A stretch of 43,967 bases of DNA from Toensbergia leucococca (taxonomy: Eukaryota): assembly GCA_022813965.1 (NCBI GenBank), contig JALDZS010000192.1, positions 1 to 43,967 on the forward strand. The letters run 5' to 3'. Below the pieces are notes generated by a model. The model worked only from the letters and a program-made list of their open reading frames with translations. It ran no database searches and was not told the origin of the DNA. The stretch's first letter is position 1; each line of letters begins with the position of its first letter. A program made the translations under genes and the position numbers. Below are positions 12,301 through 23,908 of this stretch, in pieces.

Positions 12301-12811
12301 TTTACTTGAGCTACGAGACATGCTTGATCTTGAGCACAATTTCGAAGAAGCCGCACGGGTAACCCAATATCTCTTAGCTAGTAGAACAAGTCAACTTGGC
12401 CCGCGGCACCCGGCAGTGCTTGGTCATCGTCACAGCCTTGGCTGGTATCTGAGCAGGCAAGGCAAATATCAAGAGTCCGAAGCCGTGTACCGCACAGTGA
12501 TTTCTGAAAGAGAGGATAGCCTAGGAACGTACCACCAAGATACGCTATGCAGCATGTACAACCTAGCCGTGGTGATTGAACGCCAGGGCCTGGAGAGGGT
12601 TGAGGAGGTAGAGAAATTATACCGGCAGGTTCTAGCAGGATTTGTACAGACACTTGGCTCGAGGAGTAAACAAGCCTTATACAATTTGGGAGATTTACAA
12701 GATTTCCTAGAAAGACAAGAAAGTGAAGCCGTAGTAGAGTTGACAAGTCGTCCCAACGACGTTCGAAGCCATGACTCCGAATTGACTGAACCTTTCAAGA
12801 CAACTTCTTAA
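9301..12811 (+). pseudogene. Fungal NLR (SesA/HeLo-like N-terminal domain, NB-ARC, TPR repeats) with one in-frame TGA at 11534-11536; truncated allele or pseudogene. Exons 9301-9896 and 9964-12811
   Basis: N-terminus MAEVFAVIGLAASILQCLDYG. FVGR motif. Walker A GLGGVG/KSQ split by intron 9897-9963. Walker B WFIVLDNADD, ITTRD, YLPLAITQAAAFI, MHRLV. Kinesin-light-chain-type TPRs (LGxDHPxTL). ORFs 9947-11536 and 11714-12811 are in the same frame. Confidence 0.88.
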
Positions 12812-13270
12812 AGTTCCTGTACCTACACGCTGTCTACGAGCCATGGTGCTCTAGAAACAGGGAACACGTTCCTGGAACATAAATTCGCCAGTTATACCAT
12901 TTGTACAGGTACTAGTGCATCTGGATTCTGGGACATTGAAACTCGTTCGAAATTCAGACGAACGTCCTAACATTTCCAGCATAAACACAGCAGCTGGTAC
13001 ATCCAAATGGAACACGAGCCATACCAAGCGCAGACGAGCCTGACGCCAGCCGCAATCCACCAAATGATATCCACGTACCAGATCTCCTGCCAGCCATTGC
13101 AAGACAAGAAACACGCCATTCTCCTCTTCGAACCAACGACCACAATAGTCTGCCTTATCTTCGGAAAAAGACCTCGACGTTGAAAATCAAAGGACGGCTC
13201 GGCTCATTGTGCAAATTTGTCGGAGACTGAACCATCAGCCTTTGCAATCCCTCTTGATCTTGAAAGGTCC

Positions 13271-14292
13271 TTAATCTCCTTGTGCCTCGGACTCTTTAGC
13301 CAACATCTCCAAGTACCGTTGATGATTTAGCATGGACGTCCTGAAATACCTTTCAACCTCTGACCTTCTGCTCTCGATAACCTCTGGCTTAAGGGGGATA
13401 GCCGGAGCTACGGAATACCTTTCGGCAGGCCATACGGCAGACGATGCGGCAGATGGAAGTTTGAGATCGAAAGTCTCCAAGTCCTTGATATCGCTCAATT
13501 GGTGGAGCCACCCCGGGTTGTCTTTGTCACGGAAGTAACTCAAAGAGTAGTGAGGTTCCCAATTATCGATTATGACTGTCAGATTCTTCAATTGTAGGTC
13601 AGTTGAGAAAACCTTGAGCGCAACCAGCAATTCTGACAACCTGTCTTGGTAGTTCTGCCTGCTTGTATGAAGCATGAAGGTCAAATTTTGGATGCTCAGC
13701 CGTGCAGTCGGGGAACGGTCTTGGCAGAAAACCAAAAACGCAGTCAAGTCAACTGCGAAAAAGTTGTTGCTGCTGTAAAATATCGTGTGGGCTTCCTCAT
13801 ATATTTCACGGTTGAGGAAGAGTACTTGCAAGCCTTGCCAACGTCGAAATTTTGAAGGTCCATTGCTTCTCTCCGCCCGATGAAATCCAGTCATGCAGGT
13901 GTAAGAAGACAACTTCATTCGCTGCTCAAAGAGTGAGGAAATATCCACGGAATTGAGCTCGGGGTTCAAAATAGCTGGGTCTTACGGGATGTTCTATTGT
14001 TTCGAAAGCTGACCGCCTTAAAGGTCCCCACCTCGCACGCCTGCAATACTCCCAGCATCCCATGTCTGTGACGATGACCTTGTCCGTCTCTGAGATCAGC
14101 AGAAGATTATAGATTTTGTTTCTGATTTCTCCGGGCAATTTCATAAATTGGAACTTCGGTGGTTTTCTATGACACTTTTTAGTAAGGACTTGAGAGCTGT
14201 GTGGATGGTACGTACTTGAATAGTTTGGCTCGATTCAGATGGCGGCCACTACGGGTGACCAAATGGCCATTTTTGAAGTCTGAGGAGTTCAT
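13271..14292 (-). CDS. Hypothetical fungal protein with an F-box-like N-terminal motif; three exons (introns ~14215-14167 and 13985-13922)
   Basis: Spliced MNSSDFKNGH...KPPKFQFMKLPGEIRNKIYNLLL...LQVLFLNREIYEEAHTIFYSSNNF. The LPxEIRxxIY and (N/C)RxIYxEAxxxFYxxNxF motifs are typical of this fungal family. A GTAAGA...CAG intron joins the two track ORFs in phase 0. Confidence 0.75.
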
Positions 14293-14908
14293 GGTGTTGG
14301 TAGTCGCAGAAGGTGCATACTCTGTGTATTCTGGTAGGTGACTAAGACTCTGTCAAGTACTCACTCAATCATCTTAAATGTCAGAGGTGTTGACTGTAGC
14401 GAGTATTAGGTGAACGTTGCTGAAGACAACGCGTCAGCACTCAGCAAAGGAAATGTTATGACAGTGAAGCATTGAACGCGACATGAAGTGGTCGGTCGGA
14501 GGTAGCTATGTCTTGTTCACAACACAAGCAGGACATTCACCCAAGTGCAGTCACACAGAAGTGGCGTCATAAAAGAGGACGGCTCTGTCATATCAAAAGA
14601 ACTGGTCCTTCAACCAGACATCCAATCGACCAGAGCTCCAACAAAGAACCCAAAAGTGCAAACCGAACCATCAAAGCCCTTTATTTCCCCATCATCTACC
14701 CCCACTCCGTCTCTGTCCCCATTGTCATCCCCCCAAACAAAGCCCTTGTCCTCCCTCCAAGCAAAGCTCTTGTTCTCTCCCCACCCCAACCCACCTTCTA
14801 TGAAACCCCCCCCATCCACCTCCCAAACCCCCAATTCCCCGAACCACATCCTCACAAAACTCCCACCCAACTCCTTTTAAACCCCTCCCCATCCCCCAAA
14901 AAAGAAGA

Positions 14909-15112
14909 ATGTGCGTCAATCTAACAACAGCCTACAGCTGCACCCACATCTGGCGCATCCAACCCGAAAGCTGCCTCACCCGTCTTCAAGGCGGCGTATG
15001 TGAGACGATGAAGGATGAACCGATGAAGGACGCAACGACTTTGGTGAACATGTGGTGTCCGAAGTGCTATTCGGACAACCCGAGACAGCTTTGGAGAGAT
15101 CTTTCGAAATAG
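14909..15112 (+). CDS. Small 67-aa Cys/His protein, putative zinc-binding (MC-x8-CxH-x8-C-x8-C-x18-CxxC)
   Basis: ATG in an A-rich context (AAGAATG). The Cys/His pattern matches the protein at 37537-37932. Confidence 0.6.
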   Translation: MCVNLTTAYSCTHIWRIQPESCLTRLQGGVCETMKDEPMKDATTLVNMWCPKCYSDNPRQLWRDLSK

Positions 15113-16184
15113 GCTTGTGTGGGAAGGGGGGAGGGTTCGCGGCGAGGGTAAGGGGATGGAGGGATGGGGGGGTGGAGTAGGATGGGAGGGTTGGCTTGCT
15201 TTGCGTATTTTTCCCCTGATTAGGATTGTGCGAGTCTTGTTATTCCATCTCCAATTTGGGGGGGGGGAATATGGTTGGAAAATACAAACCCTTTTCTTTG
15301 CGAGCGATATACATTTGTAAGGCCGGACTGACTTGTACGTGTGAAAAACCAATCGCCTTGAATCCTCTTCAAGATTCAAACCCTCCCTCATTCCCCCAAA
15401 ACCGAGGAGTTCTGAAAATCCTCGGTGGTTCTACTCATTAAGAACGATCCTTTTTTTTTGAAGGAACATAGAAAATGGAGTTTCACTTATCATGATTCAT
15501 TCCGCTCAAAACAAATTAGACACAAACACTTTAGACACATGTCTCCTTGACTTTTTAGAACACACGCGTCACTGTTGGAGAAAAATGTGACAGGGCTAAG
15601 TAATGAGTTTATAATCATGAATGCAGGTAGAGAGAGGTGAATTAAATGCATTCATTTTTATGAGCGCAGTTTTTTGTGCTTTTTTGTTGGTTTTTTGAGG
15701 AATGGGATTATATATGAAGAATTGAAAGGAGAAAGAAAGAAAAAAAAAGTGAGAACAGAGAGAAAGATTGATTAGGTTGAGACAAAGGGATTTTAGTTAA
15801 GATAAAAAAGACTTGTAAGAAAAGATGTGAAAATTTAAAGGTCTTTTCAGTGAGCTTTTGATGAGGGATGATAGGCTGAGCTGATTGTAATTAAGCTAGC
15901 ATTTGCATTCAGGGGTGAACATTGATATTCTATTCTGATGAGAAATAAGGTACGGAGTATTTAGTCTGAATAAATACGTTGACCGAGAAATCAAACTCCA
16001 AATCCCACGTCATGTGTCTGGCAATTTTTTCGTATGTGACCAATGCACTTCGCACCTACGTTCTTTTCTTGCCTGTGGGGCTTTATTCTGTCAGATAGAA
16101 CTGTTTAAACACGACGGCAGCCATTCTGACCTTGTTGAATCTGTACATTGTATTCTTTGGTCTTAATTACCTAGACAGACAGTC

Positions 16185-17901
16185 ATGGTAGACAGTCACG
16201 ATGAGCAGTCGCCTTTGTTACACAGATCCCATGACGAGGAATCCCTGGAGCTCCTTGAATTTAGCAAAGATGACCAAGAGAATCCAAGGAAATGGAAAAA
16301 GGCAAGGAAATTTGCCAATGTAGGCATCATAGCCCTTATGGCAGGTCAGTCTTCCACATCTGGAAAGTCTTAATCGAGAGACTAAGAGTGCAAAAGTCCT
16401 TAGTCCACTGGCAAGTTCAATGTTCACTCCTGGTATCAACCAGATAGCAGAAGATCTGGGTTCGTCCCCTAACACTGTTGTGGGTGCTACAACGAGCTTC
16501 GTCGTAGCTCTTGGCTTGGGGCCCTTGATTCTAGCCCCATTATCAGAAACCTTTGGACGAAGAAAACTCTATCTTGCTTGTTTTTCCTTGTTTGCCCTTC
16601 TACAAATCCCAACAGCTTTAAGCCCGAATGTGTCAACTTTGATCACCGTACGCGCCTTCTCAGGCTTTTTCGGAAGTATGCCATCTCGAATATCTACTCT
16701 GATGATGCAGCTGACAGACTTTTAGGTGTTGGTATTGCAAATGGGGGTGGAACTATTTCAGACATGTTTGAGCCCAGCGAAAGGGGGACTGTTCTTGGCT
16801 GGTACCTAGCTAAAGAAGATCGTCGTCAGTAAGGTCGCTAAAGTCCTCCCTAGGTACCTACTTGGGCCTCTATTGGGGCCAACATTAGGACCACTATTCG
16901 GAGGTCTCATTGTTCAAAACCTTGGATGGCGCTGGGTCTTCTGGATTTTGACCATCGTCTGTGGTGTCAACACCATCATAGGATATTTCTTTCTCAAAGA
17001 ATCTTATGCTCCGGTAATTCTGCAAGCCCGCAAGGAGGAACGGGAACAAGATGAAGGTGGCAAATTCCGTATCCCTAACCAGGACGACCGTCCATTTTCG
17101 ACCAAACTTCTTTCTTCCATGCAACGGCCAATAAAGATACTATTCACGCAACCTATCGTCCTCATCATGGCAACATATCAAGCAATCATCTTTGGCACCA
17201 TGTACACTCTTTACACCAATTTTGAGGGTATCTATGGGGGAGACTATGGGTTTTCGACGACTAAAGTAGGACTCATGTATCTAGGTCCCGGAGTGGGTTT
17301 CTTTATAGCCGTCTGGTTCTTTGTGCCCAGGATAGACAGTATCTACAATACTCTGACGGAGAAAAATCATGATGAGCCCAAGCCCGAATTTCGTCTGCCT
17401 CTTGCCAATATTGGCGCAGTGCTAACGCCTATATCCCTTTTCTGCTTTGCTTGGACGGTTGAGCTTCATACTCACTGGATCCTGCCAGTCCTCAGCAGCG
17501 CCTTTTTTGGGGTCGGGCAGATATTGATATTCAGCACTGTACAAAATTACTACATCGATTCATTTTCGAAATATGCTGCATCGGCAAGTTTTTTGCACAT
17601 CCATTCCTGCCAACGGCTTGACAGAATGATAAATTAATCATTCGATAGGCGATTGCTGCTGGAGCCGTGTTTCGCAGCCTAGTAGGTGGACTGATGCCTC
17701 TTGCTGCTCCTGCGCTATTCAAAGGTCTTGGCTATGGATGGGGTATATCGATATTCGGATTTTTATGCTTGGCGTTGTCACCAAGGTCAGTAAAGCTTGC
17801 CAAAGTTTCAGAGGAGAGCCAGTTCTGACACAGGTCCAAGTCCATTGCTCTTTTATTATTTCGGAGAAACATTGAGGGTTCGCTTCGCCATCGACCTATA
17901 A
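16185..17901 (+). CDS. MFS multidrug transporter (DHA1-like), 6 exons
   Basis: DDQENPRKW, GPLILAPLSETFGRR, GGGTISDMF, GPTLGPLFGG, WRWVFW, PEFRLP and YYIDSFSKYAAS/AIAAGAVFRS motifs. Five introns, one GC-AG (17584-17648). Stop TAA at 17899-17901. Confidence 0.92.
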
Positions 17902-18691
17902 CATAAGCCTGTTAACAAAATAACTCGTATGATGAAATATATAGGTTGTATTATGCATATCAGGCTGATTCAGGCTGGAGTTTATGTAGATAGTTGGAGT
18001 GATGTGCTGGTGGCCTGCTTTTGGAATGACGGCCGTGATTGAAACTGTGATGCTCTGTCATCCTTGAGTGATGCAAGAATGAGCTCATGGAATATTTGCT
18101 AACATTATTTACCAAAATTACATGGTGATGGTGGAAAGTAAGAGGTCTTGCTTGAGAGCATTTTGCAGTCCATTGAGCTTGCCATGTCTAGCTGGACTTG
18201 AACTGCAGACTTCTACCTACCTATTTACCCATCAAGAGGTCCGATATGATGCACGCCATTGGTGCATATCGTCATGTATGGACAGATGGCTCAGTCCCAT
18301 CGAGGCATTGAGTGCAGCAGGTACATAGCAACGACGAGAAGAGAGTGGATCTCGCCAAAGTCGGCGTCATTCGTACAGCTGCATTGGCAAACAGGCTTCA
18401 ACCTATGGCATGTTGGCAGTACAGGCGTTCAGCTTCCTTATCTAGCTAAAGGAAAAAGATTGATTATCTCTACCTTGTCGGATGATATATGGAAGAAAAT
18501 CAGACCGTCCATTACTTTTCCTAGACTCCTACTACTCTATCCCTGTCATGTACAGCCTGCCTCTTCCTTCGTTTCATGCGTACTCTGATCTTCTTTCCGC
18601 AGCAATTATCAATCTCATCTCGGCTACCATTCTTCATATTTATCCTAGTTCTACTCTTTGCTCTCATACCTCATTATACAATATCAAAACG

Positions 18692-19922
18692 ATGGATCGT
18701 TACCATGAGCAAGAGACTGAAAAAACCCTTTCAGCGGCAGAAGTCGTTGCCGTGTCAGAAGACTTCGGTCCCGGCTTTACGCAGAATGACAAAATTGACA
18801 TGCAGCGCATGGGGAAGAAGCAGGAGCTCAACGTTCAGAATGCCTCACGATGCTAAAATCGGGTTGCTCGTCAGTGCAGAGGAACTTTCGTATTTTGAGT
18901 ACTATCGCCTTTACCACATGCACTATGGGATCATGGGAACTCCTTTTGACGTACGATGCTTTTCACATACCAGACTTGTCAATTTTGCTTGTTGATGCTA
19001 TCATGTAGGGCAAACACTCAAGGTTTACTTGACGGGGGGTTGGCCGGCTTGTTTTGGTCCCTGTGTTGGGCTTTTACTGGACAACTGTTCATGGTCCTTT
19101 CGCTGGCAGACATGGCTTCTACTTTCGTTGGGTCCCTGCCTATCATTGAAGGCACTAGTAGTTCCAGGGCACCAACTGCTGGCGGCCAACGTTCTGTATG
19201 GGAGATTTTGGAGATATTGGAGATGCCCTCGATTCCGAGACCGACTTCCCCTTTATCTACGTCTTCGAGAACGCAACCGGTACAACAGGAGGAACAATAG
19301 ATATTACAGTGATTATATTTCTAATGCTCATAATGATTACAATCAGTGTTCTTGCTTCGACATCCCGACAAAGCTTCGCTTTCACTCGAGATAAGGGTTT
19401 CCCATTTTCGAAATGGCTCTCACATGCAAGTCCTCATGCCCAACCCCTAATGCTCGAGGCTAAAAAGCAAATCTATAAAGGGTCCACTCAACGCGCAAAA
19501 TCCCCGTAAATTCAATTTTGTTCTCGTATTTGTACACTTTGATACTATCTTTCATTAGTATCGGATCCACTGTTGCCTTCAACGCCATGGTCTCCCTCTC
19601 CACGGTCGCCCTCATGTCAACCTACACCATTTCCATCGGCTGCGTGCTTCTCAAGCGCCTCCGCGGAGAGCCTCTTCCCCGAGCTCGCTGAAGCCTTGGT
19701 CGCGCCGGTGTACCGGTCAATTCCAACGCGCTCACATTTTTGTACTGGTCCTTTTTCTAGAGCTTCTAGCCGGAAACCAACGATGTCACGGCGGTAAATT
19801 CCAATTGTGTTTGTGTGATTTTTCTGGGTGTGACAGGGATCGCGACTTTTATCTACATGTTCCACGCGAGGCATGTTCATGAAGGTTCAGTGGTGAAGAT
19901 TCCAGGGCGGGAGCAGGATTAG
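18692..19922 (+). pseudogene. APC-family (choline/GABA permease-like) amino-acid permease pseudogene
   Basis: MQRMGKKQELN/RNFRILST, GGLAGLFWS, SLADMAS and APTAGGQ are followed directly by late-protein segments (FPFIYVF, ASTSRQSFAFTRDKGFPFSKWL). This implies a large internal deletion at ~19190. Stops at 19689 (TGA) and 19766 (TAG), plus frameshifts. Confidence 0.85.
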
Positions 19923-20424
19923 GTTCTATTACGACAGGAGCTGGAGCTGCCCATACCCAACTGGATTGAATGTAGAAGCGGGGGGTTTTCTGGTTGTCAA
20001 TTTTTGGGTGCTACTTGACTATTTCCCAGTGCTGGCGAACTGTCTTCTGTAAAATGAAAGAAAGCAGATTCTGGCCTTCCAAACATTGGAACTGTGTGAG
20101 GGCGTGCCGTGATATTACAATCCGTGCCGACGATTCAAATGAACGCAACAAGTTCTCAAATTAAAGTTTAAATGTATGTGATGCAGCAGCATGATATTTT
20201 CCTATGCTACCTTACGGCTGGGGGCGTGAGACAAAGGGAGATGTCGCATTGAAAAGGGGTGTTACTGTACTCCTTATTAGTGATGTTGATAGTCATAGAG
20301 ATACCTAGACACCTAGGCCCCTAGAATAGGGGAAATTTAGGCGAGACGCCACCAAAGGTTGGGAAGGAAGCACCACGTGTGTGAGAGTCCAAATTCTTCA
20401 TGACTTTTCATCAGAGCATGTCAG

Positions 20425-23400
20425 ATGGAAGAAGATGACACAAGGTCGCAATACAACACAACTACTTCAAAGTATGCGAGTGCCAAAGCTATCCAGACTC
20501 GGAAAACGCAGGAGAAGGACACGGTCGAGGAAAGCAATAGACGCAACGAGCATGAGTTCAACGCCTCGCACCTCCTATTAATCCTCTTTTTCTTATGGAT
20601 TTTGTACGCTCATAATCCACCTCTCTCCATCCCATGCTGACTTTGTAAGTTGCCTACACTCCATAGGTATCTATTTCTTCACCAAGGGTTTCCTTCTCAC
20701 TCGTCTTGTGCTCGACCATAAATCCGAATGCGAATCCCCCCCCATTGACGTTCCACCCGACAAAAGCGGATCAAGTTTTGAAGGATGCTGGCATCCAAAA
20801 ACATTCGACAAGGCCGTTGTTATAATAATTGATGCCCTCCGCTATGATTTCACCGTTCCGTTCAACGGGGATACTCACCTTTACCATAATGCCCTCAATG
20901 TGTTGCACGAGACTGCAACTCAACGTCCACAGAATGCCTTTCTCTTGCCATTCATCGCAGACCCGCCTACAGCAACCCTTCAAAGGTTGAAGGGTCTCAC
21001 TACAGGGACCCTACCGACCTTCATTGATGCGGGTTCCAATTTTGCTGGAACCGCCATCGAGGAGGATAATTTGGTGGCACAATTACGTGATTCAGGCAAA
21101 ACTTTGGTTCATCTTGGGGATGACACATGGCACTCGTTATTTCCAGGATATTTTGATGCCAACCTTAGTCATGCTTACGATTCTTTCAACGTATGGGACC
21201 TTCATACTGTTGACAATGGAGTCACCGAGCATTTGCTGCCTCTGCTGAGTCCATCTAAGACCAGCCAGTGGGATGTAATCTTTGGCCATTATCTGGGTGT
21301 TGACCACGCTGGGCATCGCTATGGTCCAGACCATCCAGCCATGGCCGCTAAATTGAGCCAGATGGACGGCGTGTTGCGTGAAATAATTGCTTCAATTGAT
21401 GACACAACACTTCTAGTCGTCATGGGCGACCACGGAATGGACACCAAGGGAGATCACGGAGGAGAGTCCGACGACGAAATCGAAGCAGCTTTGTGGATGT
21501 ACACGAAAAGAGATATTTTCGGTCGTAGTCTTAGCAAATTTATAAAGCCTCCAATGACGGCCAAGGAACGTCCAGTGGCACAGATCGATCTAGTCCCAAC
21601 GCTGTCGCTCCTCCTTGGTCTGCCAATACCATTCAATAATCTTGGAGCCCCTATTGAAGAAGCTTTTATTGGGCACAATCCAGCTAATTGGAAGAATTTG
21701 GCTTTCGTGAATGCCCTCACAGGTGGTCAAATCAATAGATACCAACAGGAGTATGCCCTTGCACGAGGTTTAGATGAAAGTGTGACTTCAGGGCCTCGAA
21801 ATTTATGGACTCTGGCATTGCAGATTTGGACCGAGACAACAACAGCAAAGTCAATGAACTCGGAACAACTTAAAGCTGCATCTGCGGCTTTCTCCAACTA
21901 CCAAAAGGAGACTTTACGAATTTGCAGGAGCCTTTGGGCTAGATTTGACATCCCAAGTATGCTATGTGGCATCGGAATCCTCCTACTCAGCGTAATAATT
22001 CTAGTTCTATACGCAAGATCCATCAAGGAAGACAGAGCCGAGCACACTCCCAACGTCCTACAAAAGATATCACTTTTCAGTGTCTTTGGTCTCGTCATCG
22101 GCGGAACGACTGCGCTCGTTGTACCTGACATTTCTTTCATAAATACTAGTGTGCTCGGCCTAGCAGCAGGTGGAATGGCGGGATTTTCAATTACGTTCAT
22201 TAAACCATATCGAGGTCTTTCGATTCCCTTCCCCAATTCCACATGGAGTTGGTTTGCACTCGTGTTCACGATCAGCCAGGCCATTGGCTTTGCTTCTAAC
22301 TCCTACACGATTTGGGAGGATGAGATCCTGCTCTTCTTTTTAAGCACCTTCGCATTTCTTGCCTTCGTATCTTCAATGCGCCAGTCAATCATTTCGGAAA
22401 GAATCCTTGGGACTTATCAATCATCAATATTTATTGTCCTCACTCGGCTGGTCTCACTTTCTCGACTCTGTCGGGAGGAGCAAATGCCATTTTGCAGATC
22501 GACATACTATGCATCTACTACATCTTCGACCTCTGCCCCTTGGCAGTTGCTGATCCCTTTTGCCCTAGCAATAGCTTTGCCAAGTGTGATAAAATCATTT
22601 TATAACGGCACTCGGTCTTATGAGGGGTCGGCAGCATTTTGGATTGGGTTTGCCGTAAGGCTGGCCCTTTTAGGGTCTGCCATATTCTGGACATTGGACG
22701 CAGCTGACGACGGCGACTGGTTCACGCTGAACAAAGGGACTCTCAAAAGTCTGAAGACCATCATAGCACAACTTGTACTCGGTGTCGCTTTTGCAGCCGG
22801 CAGTACGACTTTCGTGTGGGCGAAGCCTTGCATAAATATTCGAATAACACCTACCTCAAATGATCCTGCAAATGAAAGGACGGCATCAAATCCTAACTCA
22901 GTAACAATACTAGGTTATGCCAATACGCATGGTTCTCACTACTTCTTACTTGTCAGTAATTGGATTCTCGCCACTACTTTAATCCAGAAGCCTATGGGCG
23001 GTGGCGCTACCGGTATCCTTGCGTGGCAGATCCTTGCATTACTTGAAATAATTGATAGCAATGGCCTCTCGCAGAGCGCTATAGGTCCTATAGTCCTTGC
23101 CCTCCTTGGCAGCTTTCACTTTTTTAAGACGGGCCACCAAGCAACGCTATCGAGTATACAGTGGGAATCAGCCTTCATCCCAATGAAGACAATTCAATAC
23201 CCGTGGTCGCCTTTACTAGTTATCCTCAATACGTACGGGGCCCAGATCCTAACTACTGTGGCGGTTCCGCTGGTTGTCCTCTGGAAACGACCACCTAAAA
23301 AGAAGGGTCTCCTTCGAGATGTTGGCAAGGCCATGGCAACTCATATCCTCTATTACGCGACGATTAATTTGGCGACGGCAATGTGGGCTGGCTGGCTGAG

Positions 23401-23551
23401 AAGACATTTGATGCTGTACAGAATCTTTAGTCCGCGGTTCATGAGCGGTGCTGCGGTTCTGTTGGTTGTAGATTTAGTAGGGATTTTTGTGGCTATCGCG
23501 GGCATGAGGTGGAATGTTTTGAGCGTGGCAGAAGTATTTGGTTGGGAATAA
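20425..23551 (+). CDS. GPI13: GPI ethanolamine phosphate transferase 3 (Gpi13/PIG-O); exons 20425-20603 and 20650-23551
   Basis: FTKGFLLTRLVL, IIDALRYDF, ADPPTATLQRLKGLTTGTLPTFIDAGSNF, HYLGVDHAGHRYGPDHP, GDHGMD and RRHLMLYRIFSPRF motifs. Multi-TM C-terminal half. Confidence 0.96.
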
Positions 23552-23908
23552 AAGGTGCATTGAAGATACCCCAGGATTGGCATGTATATAGGTACATTGT
23601 CTCACAGATGGTGCCGAGGTGCCCATAGACCAATCATAACAGATATGGAGATAGCGCATCTTGATCCGAGGAGCGTCTTGAAGTCAATGTTAAGGTAGGT
23701 AGGAAAGTTATCTAGTTTTTGAGCCCTAATTGTGATATTCTAAGGTAAGGTACCCGGTACGGAGTACTCCGTATATATCCGTACCTAGATGTTCTCTAGA
23801 ACAGAGGACGCGCTAGCGAGCCGGCCTCTATTTACCTACCTACGGATAGCCTGTTAATTATTTACTCTGGCCCCGAAAACAAATCATTTCAACTTGCCCG
23901 CCTATTCA

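Noticed and set aside
12812..13230. Coding-looking sequence after the NLR stop
   Set aside because: Only short open stretches in different frames with no motif. It may be a decayed tail or UTR and cannot be supported.
14508..14924. Pro-rich and Gly-rich ORFs on both strands
   Set aside because: By-products of C-rich low-complexity sequence with few stop codons.
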